From Macrostomum lignano (Eukaryota), in assembly GCA_002269645.1 (NCBI GenBank), contig NIVC01000862.1, positions 1 to 64,000 on the forward strand: DNA of 64,000 bases, read 5' to 3'. Positions 1 to 12,927 of this stretch are shown here, piece by piece (the stretch's first letter is position 1; the number at the start of each line of letters is the position of its first letter). The notes under the pieces are model-generated. The model saw nothing but the letters and a program-made list of their open reading frames with translations, made no database searches and was not told the origin of the DNA. The position numbers were made by a program, and so were the translations under genes.

Positions 1-1399
1 AGGTCAGGATACGCTGTTTGAGGCTGCTTGCCAGCAGAGCGGCCATCTGCAGACCTTGGAGAGGATTCAGGCAAGAATGTTCTTCTTGCCGGTGTAGCTC
101 TGCTGTCTTCAGGTCCTGCTGAGGCTCGAGTATTGGGCTTTTTGGTTGAAGCGACCACCGGCGACGAAGTGTCTCGAGCTGGCCTCTTTCCGTTGTCAGT
201 GACTTCCATTTCTTCTTTAATTGTGTCATGACAATGCTGAGTAAGTTTACTAATTAATATAATGCTATTAGAGGTAGAGAGTCAAAGTAAAACTATGAGT
301 CAGTTCAGCAATGTAAAACGGAATGCAGAACTTGTAAAACTAGGGCAGTTCAATATAAAAATGTAAAACAGTTAATAAATGGAGCAGTTCAAATGAATTG
401 GTAGATAGTGGCAGTTCAAAGCAGTTGTCAGAGCAGTTAAATACGTCCACAAGCCTCACACGCACTGTCTCGATTGAAAGAAAAGAAAGTGAAAGAAACC
501 CGGGAAATTGTAAATAAATTAATATAAATCAAGTTAAATTTTTAGATATAAAGAGTGAAGAATAGCGAAAAACCTGTAACTAAGTATTTAACGAAAAGTA
601 GGCAGAATGAGAATTAATCTTAAATTAAAGAAATCAGATCGAAAATGAATTAATTAAATTTTAAAGTTGTTTAAAAAATACTGCAAAAGCGAACAGCAAG
701 AGAAACTTGCAAAAACGATCTAAAATAAACTAATTAAGAAAAATTTGGGCAGGGGTTTCCCCAAGCCGAAGCCAAAAATTTTTACAAAAAGAGCTAAATA
801 ACTGAAAAATAACTAGCTAGCTAACAGGACAGCGCGTCCTAGACCCAACCCTTAAAGAGGAACCCTAAGTGCTAAAGAGCCCGAAAATAAACAAATAAGA
901 GAGCAAAAGAAGGGAGAGGGAGTCTCAGGGCAGGCGAGACTGGGACAGCAAACTAGCTAAAGAATTTAGTCCCTAAGACATTCTATGGGCCAAGGAAATG
1001 AGAAGAAAATTAAAATTTAAACGAAATAGAAAATAAAGAAGAAATTTACAGTCGACTTACTTTCAGTAGATTTGAAGCGTTTTCGTACAGAACTCAGACC
1101 GACCGGGACGATGGCAGTGCGCGCAAGGCTTGGGGGAGGGAGCTAGAGCTTTTTGAAGCAAGAAAATGTTTATTTATTTATAGTTTTGCTACTGGCGCTA
1201 CACGTTATAAAAAGTTTATTTCAAGGCATTAATCGCGCCCAATGATTCACCTGGAGCGTCAGGGCAGCGGAGCCAGGTAAAGCGTAATTATTCCCTCAAC
1301 ACTTGGGATTATGGGCTTGGCTGAGAACTTTAGTGACCGCAAGGCTTAATTTTATTTGATTAGGGATTAGTAAAAGTCTTGAAATATTTTCTGCATTTT

Positions 1400-1575
1400 T
1401 CGCTCTTGCAATAAAAAATCGGGTCCGTTGCATATCCACGGCATGCTACTAATGTGAGTAGGTGAAATTGCGTGTTTTGCCCTAAATTATAATTAATTTA
1501 CGAAAAGTAATATTTTAAATCGAAAAAAGGGGTATTTGATAAATTATAATACAGAATACGTATCTTCAGATTAGA
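1400..1575. repeat. Dispersed repeat, diverged direct copy at about 3940-4105
   Basis: Shared blocks such as aaaaaatcgggtcc, gcatgctact, gtaggtga(a/g)(a/t)ttgcgtgttt and ggggtatttgat...ttataatacaga...tcttcagat occur in the same order in both places. Confidence 0.7.
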
Positions 1576-4423
1576 ATACATTTTTAAAAATAATTAGGGA
1601 TTAAATTTGATTATTTGGAATAACTATTAACTGAGTCTATATAACTGAATGTCTATATAACTGTGTCTCTATATAACTAAGTCTCTATATAACTTATTCT
1701 ATGTAATTGAATCTCTATACAACTGAATCTGTATCTACTTACAAATGAAATTACAGAATCCTTAGTGAAGCTCTCCTATTGATTGCCGCCCCCGCTCCTG
1801 GCTTGTTGAATTGTAAGGATCACTGGCCAATTATAAGTGTTTTCACGGCCTCAAAAACCGTTTTTGGAGCCTAAAAAACCGTTCCTATAAGCCTCACGGG
1901 TAGTCGAGTCTTCATCAGCCTTGTATTTTACAAATATATAATGTTCTTATGATGTCTAGTGAGTTAATTAACATTTAGAGAGGATCTATTTACGATTTCA
2001 GTGCATTTCTTTTACATATCGAAAACAAGCCGAAAGTTAACAAGCCGCAACATAATGTTTTACGCCTTCACACCTGCATGCAGCTGAAATGTATCAATAG
2101 TAGAGCTAACAAAAAAGGGGGAAGAATTCGAACCCCCCACTGGGCATGCAGCTCAGCTAGGCACTCATTGTTGGCCGGTTTGTGCTATTTTTAGAATCAG
2201 TCGAGTTGAGACTCCACAGGTGCGCCTGCGGCTGTTGCTGAGGCCAGCTCCGGGATTTTCGATCCGATTCGAAAGCTCGACTTCAAAGGTTGAGACCGGT
2301 GAGGCCGGAATATACGCGTTGTTCACTGGGGCCTTTGAGTTTGTGCTCTCACTTTCTTAAGATAGATGTCTAGCGGTCTAAGGTTCGTACAGCTCTAATT
2401 TCTCCGATCAGGCCGTAAGAGAAACCGTATAAACTGACGGGATCTGCTAGTATCTAAGCTGAGTTTGAGTCTCTCTCGGATTTGATCTGCGCGACAATTA
2501 AGACAAATAATTATATTGAAGACTTGGATTTGTGCCAACTGGATAATCCAGAGACTGATTCAATGGAGCAATTCGAGATCAAAAACTGCGCAGAAAAAAA
2601 CGAAGCGCCGCTCCAGTTTGAGATGAGCGTCTATTTATACCAATTAGCATTTTTGGCCTCCCCCGCCGCCGGTGGGGTGTCTTCGCGTTGTTAGCAACGG
2701 CGGGGGGGTTGAGCAATAACAATCTGGGACACAGACCCCTAGTTGTACATGAATTTAGTTAGTTCTAGTAGGTTGCAGGTTGCTAAGTGTGAGGGTTAGA
2801 GATTATTCGGGCTTTCGCAAATCTATGTGTTGAGTTGGATAAAATTTAGGATAGAAAGATTATAGAAAAGTACTTAGTTTTCCGTCTCTTGACTCTGTCC
2901 ATTGATGATTAAACAGTCCTTTGTTTCTCTCGGTTGTCAGGCAGCTTGGGGTTGATCTCGCCCTCTTGGGCCACTTCAGATTGGATAGGAGTCTGTAGGT
3001 GGGCCTCACTTTTCTCCCTCAGGGTGCGCCAGAAGATGCCGCGTGCCGCGTTGTTCTCTAAGCTGGGCCACTTCTCTCAGCCAGTTTAATCGGCATGGTT
3101 CCTGCGGCGGGGTGTCGTGGCTGACTGGAATGGGAAGGGGCTTAATTGGATTCGAGATTCAATTTGATTGACAGCTGTGTAATTATCTTAGAGCTGTTTC
3201 TATTTGCTGTTCTCTTACTAACTAAAGGTTCCATTGTGCTTTTCTGCCTCGCCCTTCACTGCGTCTGGACTTTTCATAAATTTCTATCTATCTTCTTTCT
3301 GAGAGCAAAACTTCAGATTTCTAACTCTTATACGGAGAGGCCGATGGCTGCAGCCGGAGACAGCTGCTGTCCGTTGCCAAGTGGTTTCCTAGCGAGCGGT
3401 TTTCGAGCGGGAATTCGCGGTCGCCTCTCGGCCAGCCTAGGTGGCTCCGGTTGATGGAGCGACAGGGATTCGGGTTGCATGCCGGAGTTTGGCAGGTTTC
3501 TGTTGCTGCGCGACCTGTCTCCGTTCTCCAGCTATCTATCTATCTGGGGGGGAGGGGTTTCTGCTTTGCAAATAGAAACAAAAATGGTCGGTACGTTTGT
3601 TTGTCTGTTATAAAGTAAATCTAAACCTAATCTATTTTCTAATTGTATTTACAAGGGTGAAAATTTTACTGTTTGTAGAAAGCATGACAGCATTACATTG
3701 CCTGTCAAGGCTTGTCATTTTGACGGGGTACCACTGACAGAATTGATTTCGGGATGCCACTTAATTTTGATGGATCTCAATGCGATTTGATTTCCCGTAC
3801 TCTGAAATAGACGCAGAAGCGATCCCCATTAAAATCCAGGTCAATATGTAAGCCTGTGGCGTCCAGAATGTCGCTAACTTGTAGTGTAACTCTCCTATGT
3901 TGCTGCTCAAATCTATGGGCATCTATGATTTTTTGTTCTTGCATAAAAAATCGGGTCCTTGGCATACCCTTAGCATGCTACTGTGGTCAGTAGGTGAGTT
4001 TGCGTGTTTGCCCCAAAATTATAATTAATATAGAAAAAATTCATATTTTAAAGCCAAAAAGGGGTATTTGATTAATTATAATACAGACTACAGATCTTCA
4101 GATAATCAAGGCGGCACTTCGGTCACATGAGGAGGCAATATTCAAAAGTTTATTTTGAGGCATTTGTCGCGAAATTCTGTTTTATCCTCAATCATTATTT
4201 GTGGGGATTCCTGATCAACAACGAGGCCCCTCACAAAAGTGTGCAAAAACCCTCTTAAAAGCGTGCGATTCTCCTCTTATAAGCGTGCGATTCCCCTCCT
4301 ATAAAGGTGTGAAGCCCATTTACAAGCGTGCGAGGCACCTCTCAAAGATGTGCAAAGCCCCATAAAAGCCCCATCTTCAAACCGGCCCTCATCCTTAATC
4401 AGAATTTTCTGGTGGTTTCTGCC

Positions 4424-4466
<43 letters not shown>
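4424..4466. repeat. (ATCT)n microsatellite
   Basis: Direct run of atct units. Confidence 0.95.
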
Positions 4467-4486
4467 CATATATCCATATATCTATC

Positions 4487-4862
4487 TAGAGGCCACGAGA
4501 ACGGTATTTGAGGCCCTGAGTACTGTTTTTGAGGCCGTTAGAGCGGCTGAAACTAAAAACAGAAAAGTGAGCTCTATAACCCTGAGAACGGATTTTGAGG
4601 CCCTGAGAACGGTACTTAAGGCCGTTAGAGCGGCTGAAACTAAAAACAGAAAAGTGAGCTCCATAACCCTGGGAACGGTTTTTGAAGCCTTGAGAACGGT
4701 ATTTAAGGCCCTGAGTACGGTTTTTGAGGCCGTTAGAGCGGCTGAAACTAAAAACAGAAAAGTGAGCTTCATAACCCTGAGAACGGTATTTGAGGCCCTG
4801 AGAACGGTATTTGAGGCCGTTAGAGCGGCTCAAACTAAATACAGAAAATTGAGCTCCATAAC
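4487..4862. repeat. Compound minisatellite: 4 copies of a ~60-bp core interleaved with variable ~21-bp subunits
   Basis: The core gaggccgttagagcggctgaaactaaaaacagaaaagtgagct repeats 4 times; the tttgaggccctgagaacggta subunit varies in number. Confidence 0.9.
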
Positions 4863-6198
4863 AATAAATTTCCAATTCTCTTTGAAACAACAAGTCAAGT
4901 AAAAGACTGATCAATGTCATCACCAGGATTTGGTCGAATATTGATTGTATCCGTGGCCAACCTGTTCCGACTTATTGAATTGAATAAGATTTATTGTTGC
5001 CACGTGTTGTTGCCTTTACCTTCCTTTATCTCACACATGAAACTTATCTATCTGTTTTACATGATAGGAAGCAATTATTTACATTACATTATTTACATTA
5101 CATTACATTTTACATTACATTATTTACATAAGAAGCAAAATTTCAAAACAAAAAAATACAAAAACTGGAGAATTGTCGAGCCTGAAGGCATAAAACATGC
5201 AACATGAAAATCAAGTTTAAAACATGAATTATAAAACAAGAATGTAGAAAACCGTCCGCATAAGTAGTGAATAAAAAGTCTACTAAAAATACAGTCTAAC
5301 CTAAGCATTAAGTCTATGTACATCTGCAAACCTACTATTTAAAAATATACAGGCGCAAGAGCCAATCTTTAAAACGGCTGACGCGCGCCAGGGAGTGTTG
5401 GCTTGACACTCCCTCGGCATACTTATTAAGGAACGAAGTGAATAAAAAGTCTAGTTGAAGAAATTATAAATGTAGTTCACCACATTCAACGTAAAAAAAT
5501 CTGCGGCTGCTGGGCTCTGCATGCGTCCTCTTCTTTCCTTGCTCAAAATTCTTCTTATTACCAACATAAATATCTTGATAATAGCCCAGAAAGCTACTTC
5601 GGCAATCAGAACATAAATGTTGGCATCAAGCTCGAAATGCATTTGGCCGTTACGTTTAGTCGTTAAGTTCACACGAAATAGAGGGTCGTGACCTGTCATA
5701 TTCGTAAAGTTAAACACGAATAAGAACGCAGAACATGTCACATAATTTTTTAAAAATAGAAATGCTTCCTCTTCTAGGCTAGGTTAATTATAAAAAGAAG
5801 GAATAAGATCCAATACAGTCTCTTCTGATAATATACAATTTTGTACTAATGCCTCTTTTTAACAAAAATTAAAGAAGTATATAATAAATACTTACCTATA
5901 CTCGGTGAAGACGCTAGAGATGAAAATGTACAGCAGAAAATAGCCGCGCATGCTTTGTTTTTTAGTCTGGGAATGTCTGGGAATAAAGAATGTTCCGAGT
6001 GACTATGACTGAGTGCAGAGGTCTTGAGTTTTCTGCGAGTATATATATATATATATATACCGGTCTGCAGCAGCCGCGCCCACCAGTGAGCAGGCCGCGC
6101 CGCTTGGCAACGGAGCTGAAGCAAGAGTTTCGGCCCGGCGACTCTTAACACCTGTGTACATATGATGACTAGCTTGATCTCAACCGCTCAAAAACAAC

Positions 6199-6980
6199 AG
6201 AGTCTCTATATAACAGTCTCTATATAACTGAGTCTCTATATAACTGAGTCTCTATATAACTGAGTCTCTATATAACTGAGTCTCTATATAACTGAGTCTC
6301 TATATAACTGAGTCTCTATATAACTGAGTCTCTATATAACTGAGTCTCTATATAACTGAGTCTCTATTTAATTGAGTCTCTATAGACTTAGGAATAAACT
6401 TTGTAGAATTCTTTGGAAAGCTCTCCTATTAGTTGCCGTCCCCTGCTTCTGGTTTGTTGCTATATTAAAAAAACGCTGAATAATATCTACTCATCATTTC
6501 GGCAAAAGTGGGGTTTACTTAAGCCGCACAAAAGAGCTGTAAGCATTGCGCAATGTGGTTGTATTTTGTAGTTATTTCTGGTGGCTCTGTGGGGAGCAGA
6601 TGAGCAATTGCACTCAACTCAACAAGTGGGAATTATGGATGTGGTGGCCACGTAGAATGCAGAATGGGGATGGTACTCAGCACGTGGGAATTAGAGATGT
6701 TCATTTTCATAATCCTAAATCAAAGCATATTTATTGTACAAGCCTCAAAGGTGCAAAAATAAACCCTAACCTCGGCGTCTGTATTTGAGTGTTTACTTTC
6801 GCCTTTTAGTCTTTACTTTAACCTATTTTACTTTTTTGATCATTTATACCCCACTCAAGCTTTAATCCTCAATGTTGTCATTGGCTCCATACCTAAGTCT
6901 ATAGGGACTCAGTTATATAGAGACTCAGTTATATAGAGATTCAGTTACATAGAAGAAGTTATATAGAAGAGAGACTCGGT
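6199..6980. mobile_element. Foldback/MITE-like element with arms of 16-bp tandem repeats
   Basis: About 11 copies of ctgagtctctatataa (6199-6392, ending tctctatagacttagg) are mirrored by cctaagtctataggga + ttatatagagactcag units at 6891-6980. A related arm lies at 1632-1810. Confidence 0.6.
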
Positions 6981-7766
6981 TCAAACTGATTCAATTAGTT
7001 TCTCATAGCAGTCAACTAAACATGCTCAAATAAAACAAAGCCGCCTTTAACACTTAATTATTTTCAGTACAATTTCCATGAGTTGCGCAGCTCAACTCAC
7101 GAGGTAGCCAGCTCGCTCACACTTAGTGTTACATGTGGTCTAGATCTATACCCAAGGCTACTTTCCCTATTCTGTTTCTACTCCAAGAAATCCGAATTAT
7201 GTAAATATCCTCAATCATAACTTGTGGGGATTTCTGATGAACAAACGCCAGCCAATATCAACAGTGCGTACTAGCCCTTGGAGTGTTGTCAGTTAAGCTC
7301 CAAGCCAAACATTGGCTACACAAAACTTTCAAAATGAAAATGGAGTAAACACAGACAAGTTCAGATACTGGATAAATGACTAAGAAAGTTTGTGCTGCTT
7401 TTCATGAGTGTGAAAAACGATAAGTCGCAGATAACGTTGAGAGGGGTTGGCCGTGGGAGTTCAATTAGCGTCGCGAGATCACGCCACAAGGTCCAGAGCC
7501 CACTCACCCAGCCGATTTAGTCTGGAAGCGAAGAGATTGCAGACAGGGGAGGGAGGGGTATCTGCATTCTGATTGGCTGTTTAGTGGCGTGGGTTGACTG
7601 CTGGTGATTGGGGTGTCGGCTTGACTTTTTAAGTCAAAATTATTGCAAATTGTGATTTTTAACCTGCTATTTCTACTGAAGTATTTTGCACTGCAAAACT
7701 TTTAGAAGCTCTTTCTATTTTCTAAGTTTTGTTTATACTTTGTTAAAACTGAACAACTTAGCAACA

Positions 7767-8989
7767 ATGGCGTCTACAATCACCAAGAAGATTAGGATTA
7801 AAATCTCCGGCCTGAACTGGGCTACATGAATACAGCGGTTACTGGCCTTGTGACCGAGTTGAAGGAGACCAGGTCCTACATGAAGAACGATGTTCGTGGC
7901 GAAGTTTTTTCATTCGTCTTGGTGGACGACTCGGCTGAGATGAGAGTCAGTCAGATGAGAGAAAGTTTGTAATACTTCCGATGCTGTTCGCGTAGCCGGC
8001 GGTATGGTAAAGACTTCGGATCCGAGATACTGGTACAACTGAACGAACAATCCTATGGAGGTATCTCTTTCAGTTGACTCCAAGGGATCAATATATCGAA
8101 GCAATGAAGTTCCGACTGTTATTGAACGGGCGTGTAACTATACTGAAATAAGCGACCTTCAAAACGTACGCCTGCAAGGGTGAGTTGCATTGTATCTGTC
8201 TACTTGTATGTATTGTATAGACAGACAGTATACAATATTATTATATGTACAATAGACATAATAGTATAGACAATGTGAATTGTATATGCAATCGTGTAGC
8301 ACTGTAGTGTATGTTCGGCTTTTATAAATTATTTTGACTAGATTAGCAATCCAATCTATGCCTTCATCCCTTTATGTTGGCTAGTCTAGCAGTCCATTAT
8401 ATTCATTCGACCATTGATGTAGGTAGGATTCAAATGAACTTCAAAAAGCGTTTTAAGGTTTTAAAATACTTTTCAAATTGTCCCCTCTTCATTGCCTTTT
8501 ATTAGAAATGTTGATGTCCTTGGAGCAATCGACACACTGCAGCAGTCCGAGAAAGTCATGACGAAGGCTGGGAAGCGAATAAACGTAGCTAAAGTGACTC
8601 TTGTTGACCAGTCCTGTCGTTCTGTCTCCTGCACGTTTTGGGGGTCGTCCTCCGATCAAGCTGTCAATTGGAGTGTCGGCGACATTTTGTCGATACGACG
8701 AGCAAAAGTACAGGAGTACGCCGGCGCTGTTGTACTTGGATGTACTTGCTCTGAAGTTCGGCTCAACTCGGACGACACCGAGGTTACGACTTTGACTGAC
8801 TGGTACACGAATGCTAAGCAGAGCGATACTGAGTTTCAACCTCTGGGTGCTCCGTGTCCATCAGGCGCGGTTGGCGGCTCTTCTGACCAAAGGGGAAACA
8901 ACAGGCGAGTTTTTATGCAACTACCGGTTTCGCACGAATCCTTCCGGGATGTATACGAAATTATCTTGGACTTTGGAGAAGGAATAAAG
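7767..8989 (+). pseudogene. RPA70-like OB-fold gene (DBD-A/DBD-B-like), two exons 7767-8179 and 8506-8989, exon 1 disrupted
   Basis: Exon 1 encodes LVTELKETRSYMKNDVRGEVFSFVLVDDSAEMR (RPA70 DBD-A-like) with a stop and frameshifts. A phase-2 GT-AG intron joins LQG|NVDVLGAIDTL. Exon 2 encodes KVTLVDQSCRSVSCTFWG (DBD-B-like D-x-S...V...T-x-WG). Confidence 0.7.
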
Positions 8990-9464
8990 GTGCGCGTGTT
9001 CATTGTATATGTAACTTATTTAATGTTTAGTATCTTTCTTCTGTAGTACAGATCTATGCACTCTAACTTACTACAGTATTGTGCTAGCCCTTATGGTTCC
9101 TACTGAAATTATCTCACCAAGTTGCTGCAGTTCTTTAGTTCTAACTTCTCTATCCTATAAATTGTCACTAATATATCTACTTTGAGTAGCGTTGGCAGCC
9201 CTACTCTATGACTCTTTCCTAGAGATTTCTAATTTCACACGGTTTCCTAGAACCCTTGTAATAGCGTGTAGTGCCCGAGCGGTAAGACACTGTCTAATTC
9301 CCTAATTCAGTTCGAAAGTCTAGCGTTTTCCGAGGATCAAGGGTGTCCAGCAGTAGCCAATCTATTCCCCTAATGCCTAATCCCTCAACACCTAATGTCT
9401 ATTATAAGCCTGTACGGTTTTCTTAGGATCTGTACGATCTCGATCTCCCTACTCCGGTTTCTAT

Positions 9465-9665
9465 TCTTGGGTCTCCACGACCTCAAGTTTCCTATTCAGA
9501 TCCTTAATCTTGGGTCTCCACGACCTCAAGTTTCCTAACCAGATCCCTAGTTCTGGTCTCCACGACCTCAAGTTTCCTAACCTGATCCCTAGTTCTGGTC
9601 TCCACGACCTCAAGTTTCCCTATTAGGATCCCTAGTTCTTGGTCTCCACGACCTCAAGTTTCCTT
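9465..9665. repeat. Tandem repeat, 5 copies of a 42-44-bp unit
   Basis: gtctccacgacctcaagtttcc recurs at 9471, 9514, 9556, 9598 and 9642. Confidence 0.95.
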
Positions 9666-10738
9666 ATACAGTAAATAAATTTTAAGGTTGAACTTCAATT
9701 ACTAAAAGTTTCTCACAAAAGCGATTGCCAAACAAGCAGAGAAGGTTGTTTTATTTTCATTTCATTTTTTTCATTTGGTAAGTTGGGGCTATCAAGGGGC
9801 CCTGCGCATCAGCCCTGGGGAGGGCTCTTACGCAACTAATTTGTTTTAGTTTCCAGTTTGAGCGATACATTTAGTATTTTGTTGGAGAAATAAAACAAAT
9901 ATTTTCTAATAAATAATACAATAATGCCATTTAAAAACTTAAAACAAATAATAGAGTACAATTAATCAATATAGAGTCAATTTAAAGCAAATGGTTGAAG
10001 TATTGAGTAAAACAAATAAATATAAATAAATATGATTGATAAAACTAAAACAAATATTGGGGTGTAAATATGTACAATGAATCACAAAGCAGTAATGTTT
10101 TGAGTGTTTTGGTTTAAAAATGGAGGCCAGCTTCTTCACTACTATTGAGAGTAGCTAGACACGGCTATGATATAGGAACCTGCCTATGTTAGTTAACCTT
10201 ACGAAAACGAAGGATTCCCTGGGAGGACTTGGAGAATACCGTAAGTAGAGAGGTCCCTACCCACAGGTGAGGGTTTTGCAAATTTTGTTAATCGGCAAAC
10301 CGGACGCAACAGCATCCCAACAAAGCAAGCCCAACTGGTAAGTTCAGCATTCAGATATCCTTTCTTAGTGATAATTATAAGTAGTGGACCTGGCCCCACA
10401 ATAAACAGCATTTTGGGTGAATAATGTAAAACATGTTAGAGAAGTATAAAAGATAATACTGTGAGAGGGTGTAAACGTTAAAACAGAGTGTGATTGGTAC
10501 TGTACTTTGAATGTCAAGTAATTAGCACAGCATTACATAGAATCGTAAGTATTCCCGACCCCGGACAGAGGCGCTCGAGTTATAAATTGAATCACATTTG
10601 CGTAATCTGTCTGAGTTTAGTAGTAAAGGGGACCCTGAACCCAGGTCTGGCCTATTCTTTGGTGTCATTTTTGAACCCATGGATTTCACTCTCCAGGGCT
10701 TTTTTGTACCATTTTTTAGCAAGATTGAGGAGTCGATC

Positions 10739-12609
10739 CTAAACCATAGGCATCTTGGTGACCTGGTGTAAGAATGTGATTTTAGTATAAGGCGGAGCAT
10801 CTATAGAGAGGCGAAGAGCCTTATTTTGCAGAATTTGTAACTTGTTGACAAGGGATGCCAGTAGATTGATGAGCACTGGAGCGCCGTAAGTCATTGTGCT
10901 CTCAATGTAAGATCTATAGATGAGGCGAAGAGCCAGTTGCGAAATCCTGGAGTTCTTAGCCATCCTAGCTAGCGCAGCCATTTTGGCAGTCGAAGACCAA
11001 GCTACCTTGTCGATATGGGCCCTAAAGTTAAGCTGTTTGTCAAGAACCATCCCTAGGAAGGTGACGGAATCATAGTACTTGATTTTGTCTTGTCCAAGTT
11101 TAATTGGAGGATCGTCTGGACCTGTTTTGTTCCCATTAGCTTTGAAAAAGGAAATGGCTTTACTTTTGGAGGGATTGATGACTATGCCCAAATTGTCAAG
11201 CCACTTTTTGAGGACAATGAAGTATGAGTTAAGCCTTTTAGCGGACATAGTGGATTTTCTGGCAGAGGCCCATACTGCTAAGTCGTCAGCGAACTGACTA
11301 AAGCGGACCTTGCTGTCAGTGGGCTTGGGTATAGAGCTAGCGAAGATGATAAAGAGCAGGGGCGAGAGCACCCCACCCTGCGGGACACCCGCCGTTGGCT
11401 GAAAGACCTCGCCCCGGGCTCCTCCAACTATAATTCGTGTCATGTTGTGCGGGATTTTACTTTTCCAGATTTTATATTTAAGGTAGTCCAGCCAGACTCC
11501 ATCAAAGGCTCCTTTGACATCAAAGAAGACCCCCAACGTGTACTGCCTCAACTGAAGCATTTTCAGCACATCGTCGGTGAGTCTTACTATATTGTCATAT
11601 GTGCAGTGATCGAATCTGTAGGCACATTGTTCCTCATTAATAATTCCTAGGTTTTCTAAGATAATTCTAAGGTTTTTAGCTAGAATCTTCTCGTAAAGTT
11701 TACCAACACAGGAGGTTAGGCTGATGGGTCTATAGCTTTCCACGAGATTTTTGGATTTGTTTGGTTTAGGGATCATCTTGATGATGGCCTTTTTCCATTG
11801 TTTAGGGAAGTATCCTATGAGAAAACTAGAGTTGTAAATTTTTGCGAGCACTCTGATGGAGTCCGGGCTGAGACCATATTTCAAAACCATGTTAGGAATT
11901 CTATCCGGACCGGGAGCTCCTCCTGACCTAAGTTTTCTGCTCTCCCAGAGCACGTCCTGGTCAGTAATGTTTAGGATATCGCTTTCGATATCTTCTTTAT
12001 CTGGATCAATCGGGTTCGCGTGCTCTTTATGGTATGAAAGTGCCGCGATTATATTTTTATGGGGTTTGAAGATCTCATGATCTTTGTACTTGCTGACTTT
12101 TTTCGTAGATAAGCGAGTCTTGGTTGGGGTGAGATTGCATTTGATCTTTTAGAAAGTCGCTGAAGAGTGAAGCTTTTTCTGCCTCAGTCTCGGCATGCGA
12201 ATCCTTGTAGACTAGAAGGGGATAGTTGATCATTTTGGACCTTTCTCCTGTCATCTTTTTGATGTCAATCCAAAATTTTTTGGGTTTTTTTTGTAACTAG
12301 TTTTAGCAATTTTGTGGCATAGATCTTCGAATTTCCTATATCTATGCATACGTATGGCATTTCGTATTTCTTTAGCTGCTTGATTGGCTTGAACTCTGAA
12401 GTCGTCTATTCTAGTTTTTTGAATAATTTTCTAATTTTCCTCCTATGCTTAATTTTGTTAATAATATCTGGGGGAAGCTGCTCCCTAGGGTCCCGGTTGG
12501 GTACAACATCCTCAATGGTGTCATGAATGCACTGATTTAGCAGATCAACCGCTTTATCTAGGTCCTCAGGTGTGGAGAATCTACAACTGAGAAGCTGTTG
12601 GTTGCTAAG
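10739..12609 (-). pseudogene. LINE ORF2, reverse transcriptase part (open 10739-11953; several frameshifts in 11953-12500)
   Basis: Motifs GAPGPDRIPNMVLK, WKKAIIKMIPKP, YRPISLTSCVGKLYEKI, FFDVKGAFDGVW, GVPQGGVLSPLLF, SQFADDLAVW, FLGMVLD. No RNase H follows. Confidence 0.92.
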
Positions 12610-12913
12610 TGTTGTGTCGTGACTAGGAGCCCGTAAAAGGGCCGTTCGTCTAACTAACCTTTTCTTACTTTTTCTTACTACTCTACTTTAAGTAGTGCAG
12701 TTAATAAATTATTCGTATATTGTATTGTGAAACGTATTTTTAATCACGTGACATTTTGGCGGTTAAATTTATCGATCGTGTAACAATTTACTGTTAAATA
12801 TCAAATATAAGCACGGGTTGCCCTAAGTGGAGCTCATACCTTTTTCCCGGCAAAAAAAGTCTTACCTGCCACGTACTCGTGTTTTCCTGTGTTAGTCTGT
12901 TGAGACACCACAT

Positions 12914-12927
12914 TGGCGACGAGGATG
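12914..12927 (+). promoter_or_regulatory. Primer-binding site complementary to the 3' end of tRNA-Ser(GCU)
   Basis: TGGCGACGAGGATG lies 1 nt after the 5' LTR and is complementary to ...CAUCCUCGUCGCCA (tRNA sequence recalled, not looked up). Confidence 0.75.

Noticed and set aside
1-1180. Possible 5' UTR and ORF1 start of another minus-strand LINE (MEVTDNGKRPARDTSSP...)
   Set aside because: No diagnostic domain inside the window; too little evidence to call.
4482-4923. Three overlapping ORFs of 96-145 aa
   Set aside because: Products of a minisatellite open in several frames; no domain content.
5391-5413. Hairpin GGGAGTGT-N7-ACACTCCC as a Helitron 3' end or terminator
   Set aside because: No CTRR terminus at the expected distance, and intrinsic terminators are not relevant to this eukaryotic context.
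9465-9665. CRISPR-like spacing of a 22-bp conserved core
   Set aside because: The intervening sequences are near-identical to each other, not unique spacers; eukaryotic context; no cas genes. The same applies to the arrays at 20226 and 50498.
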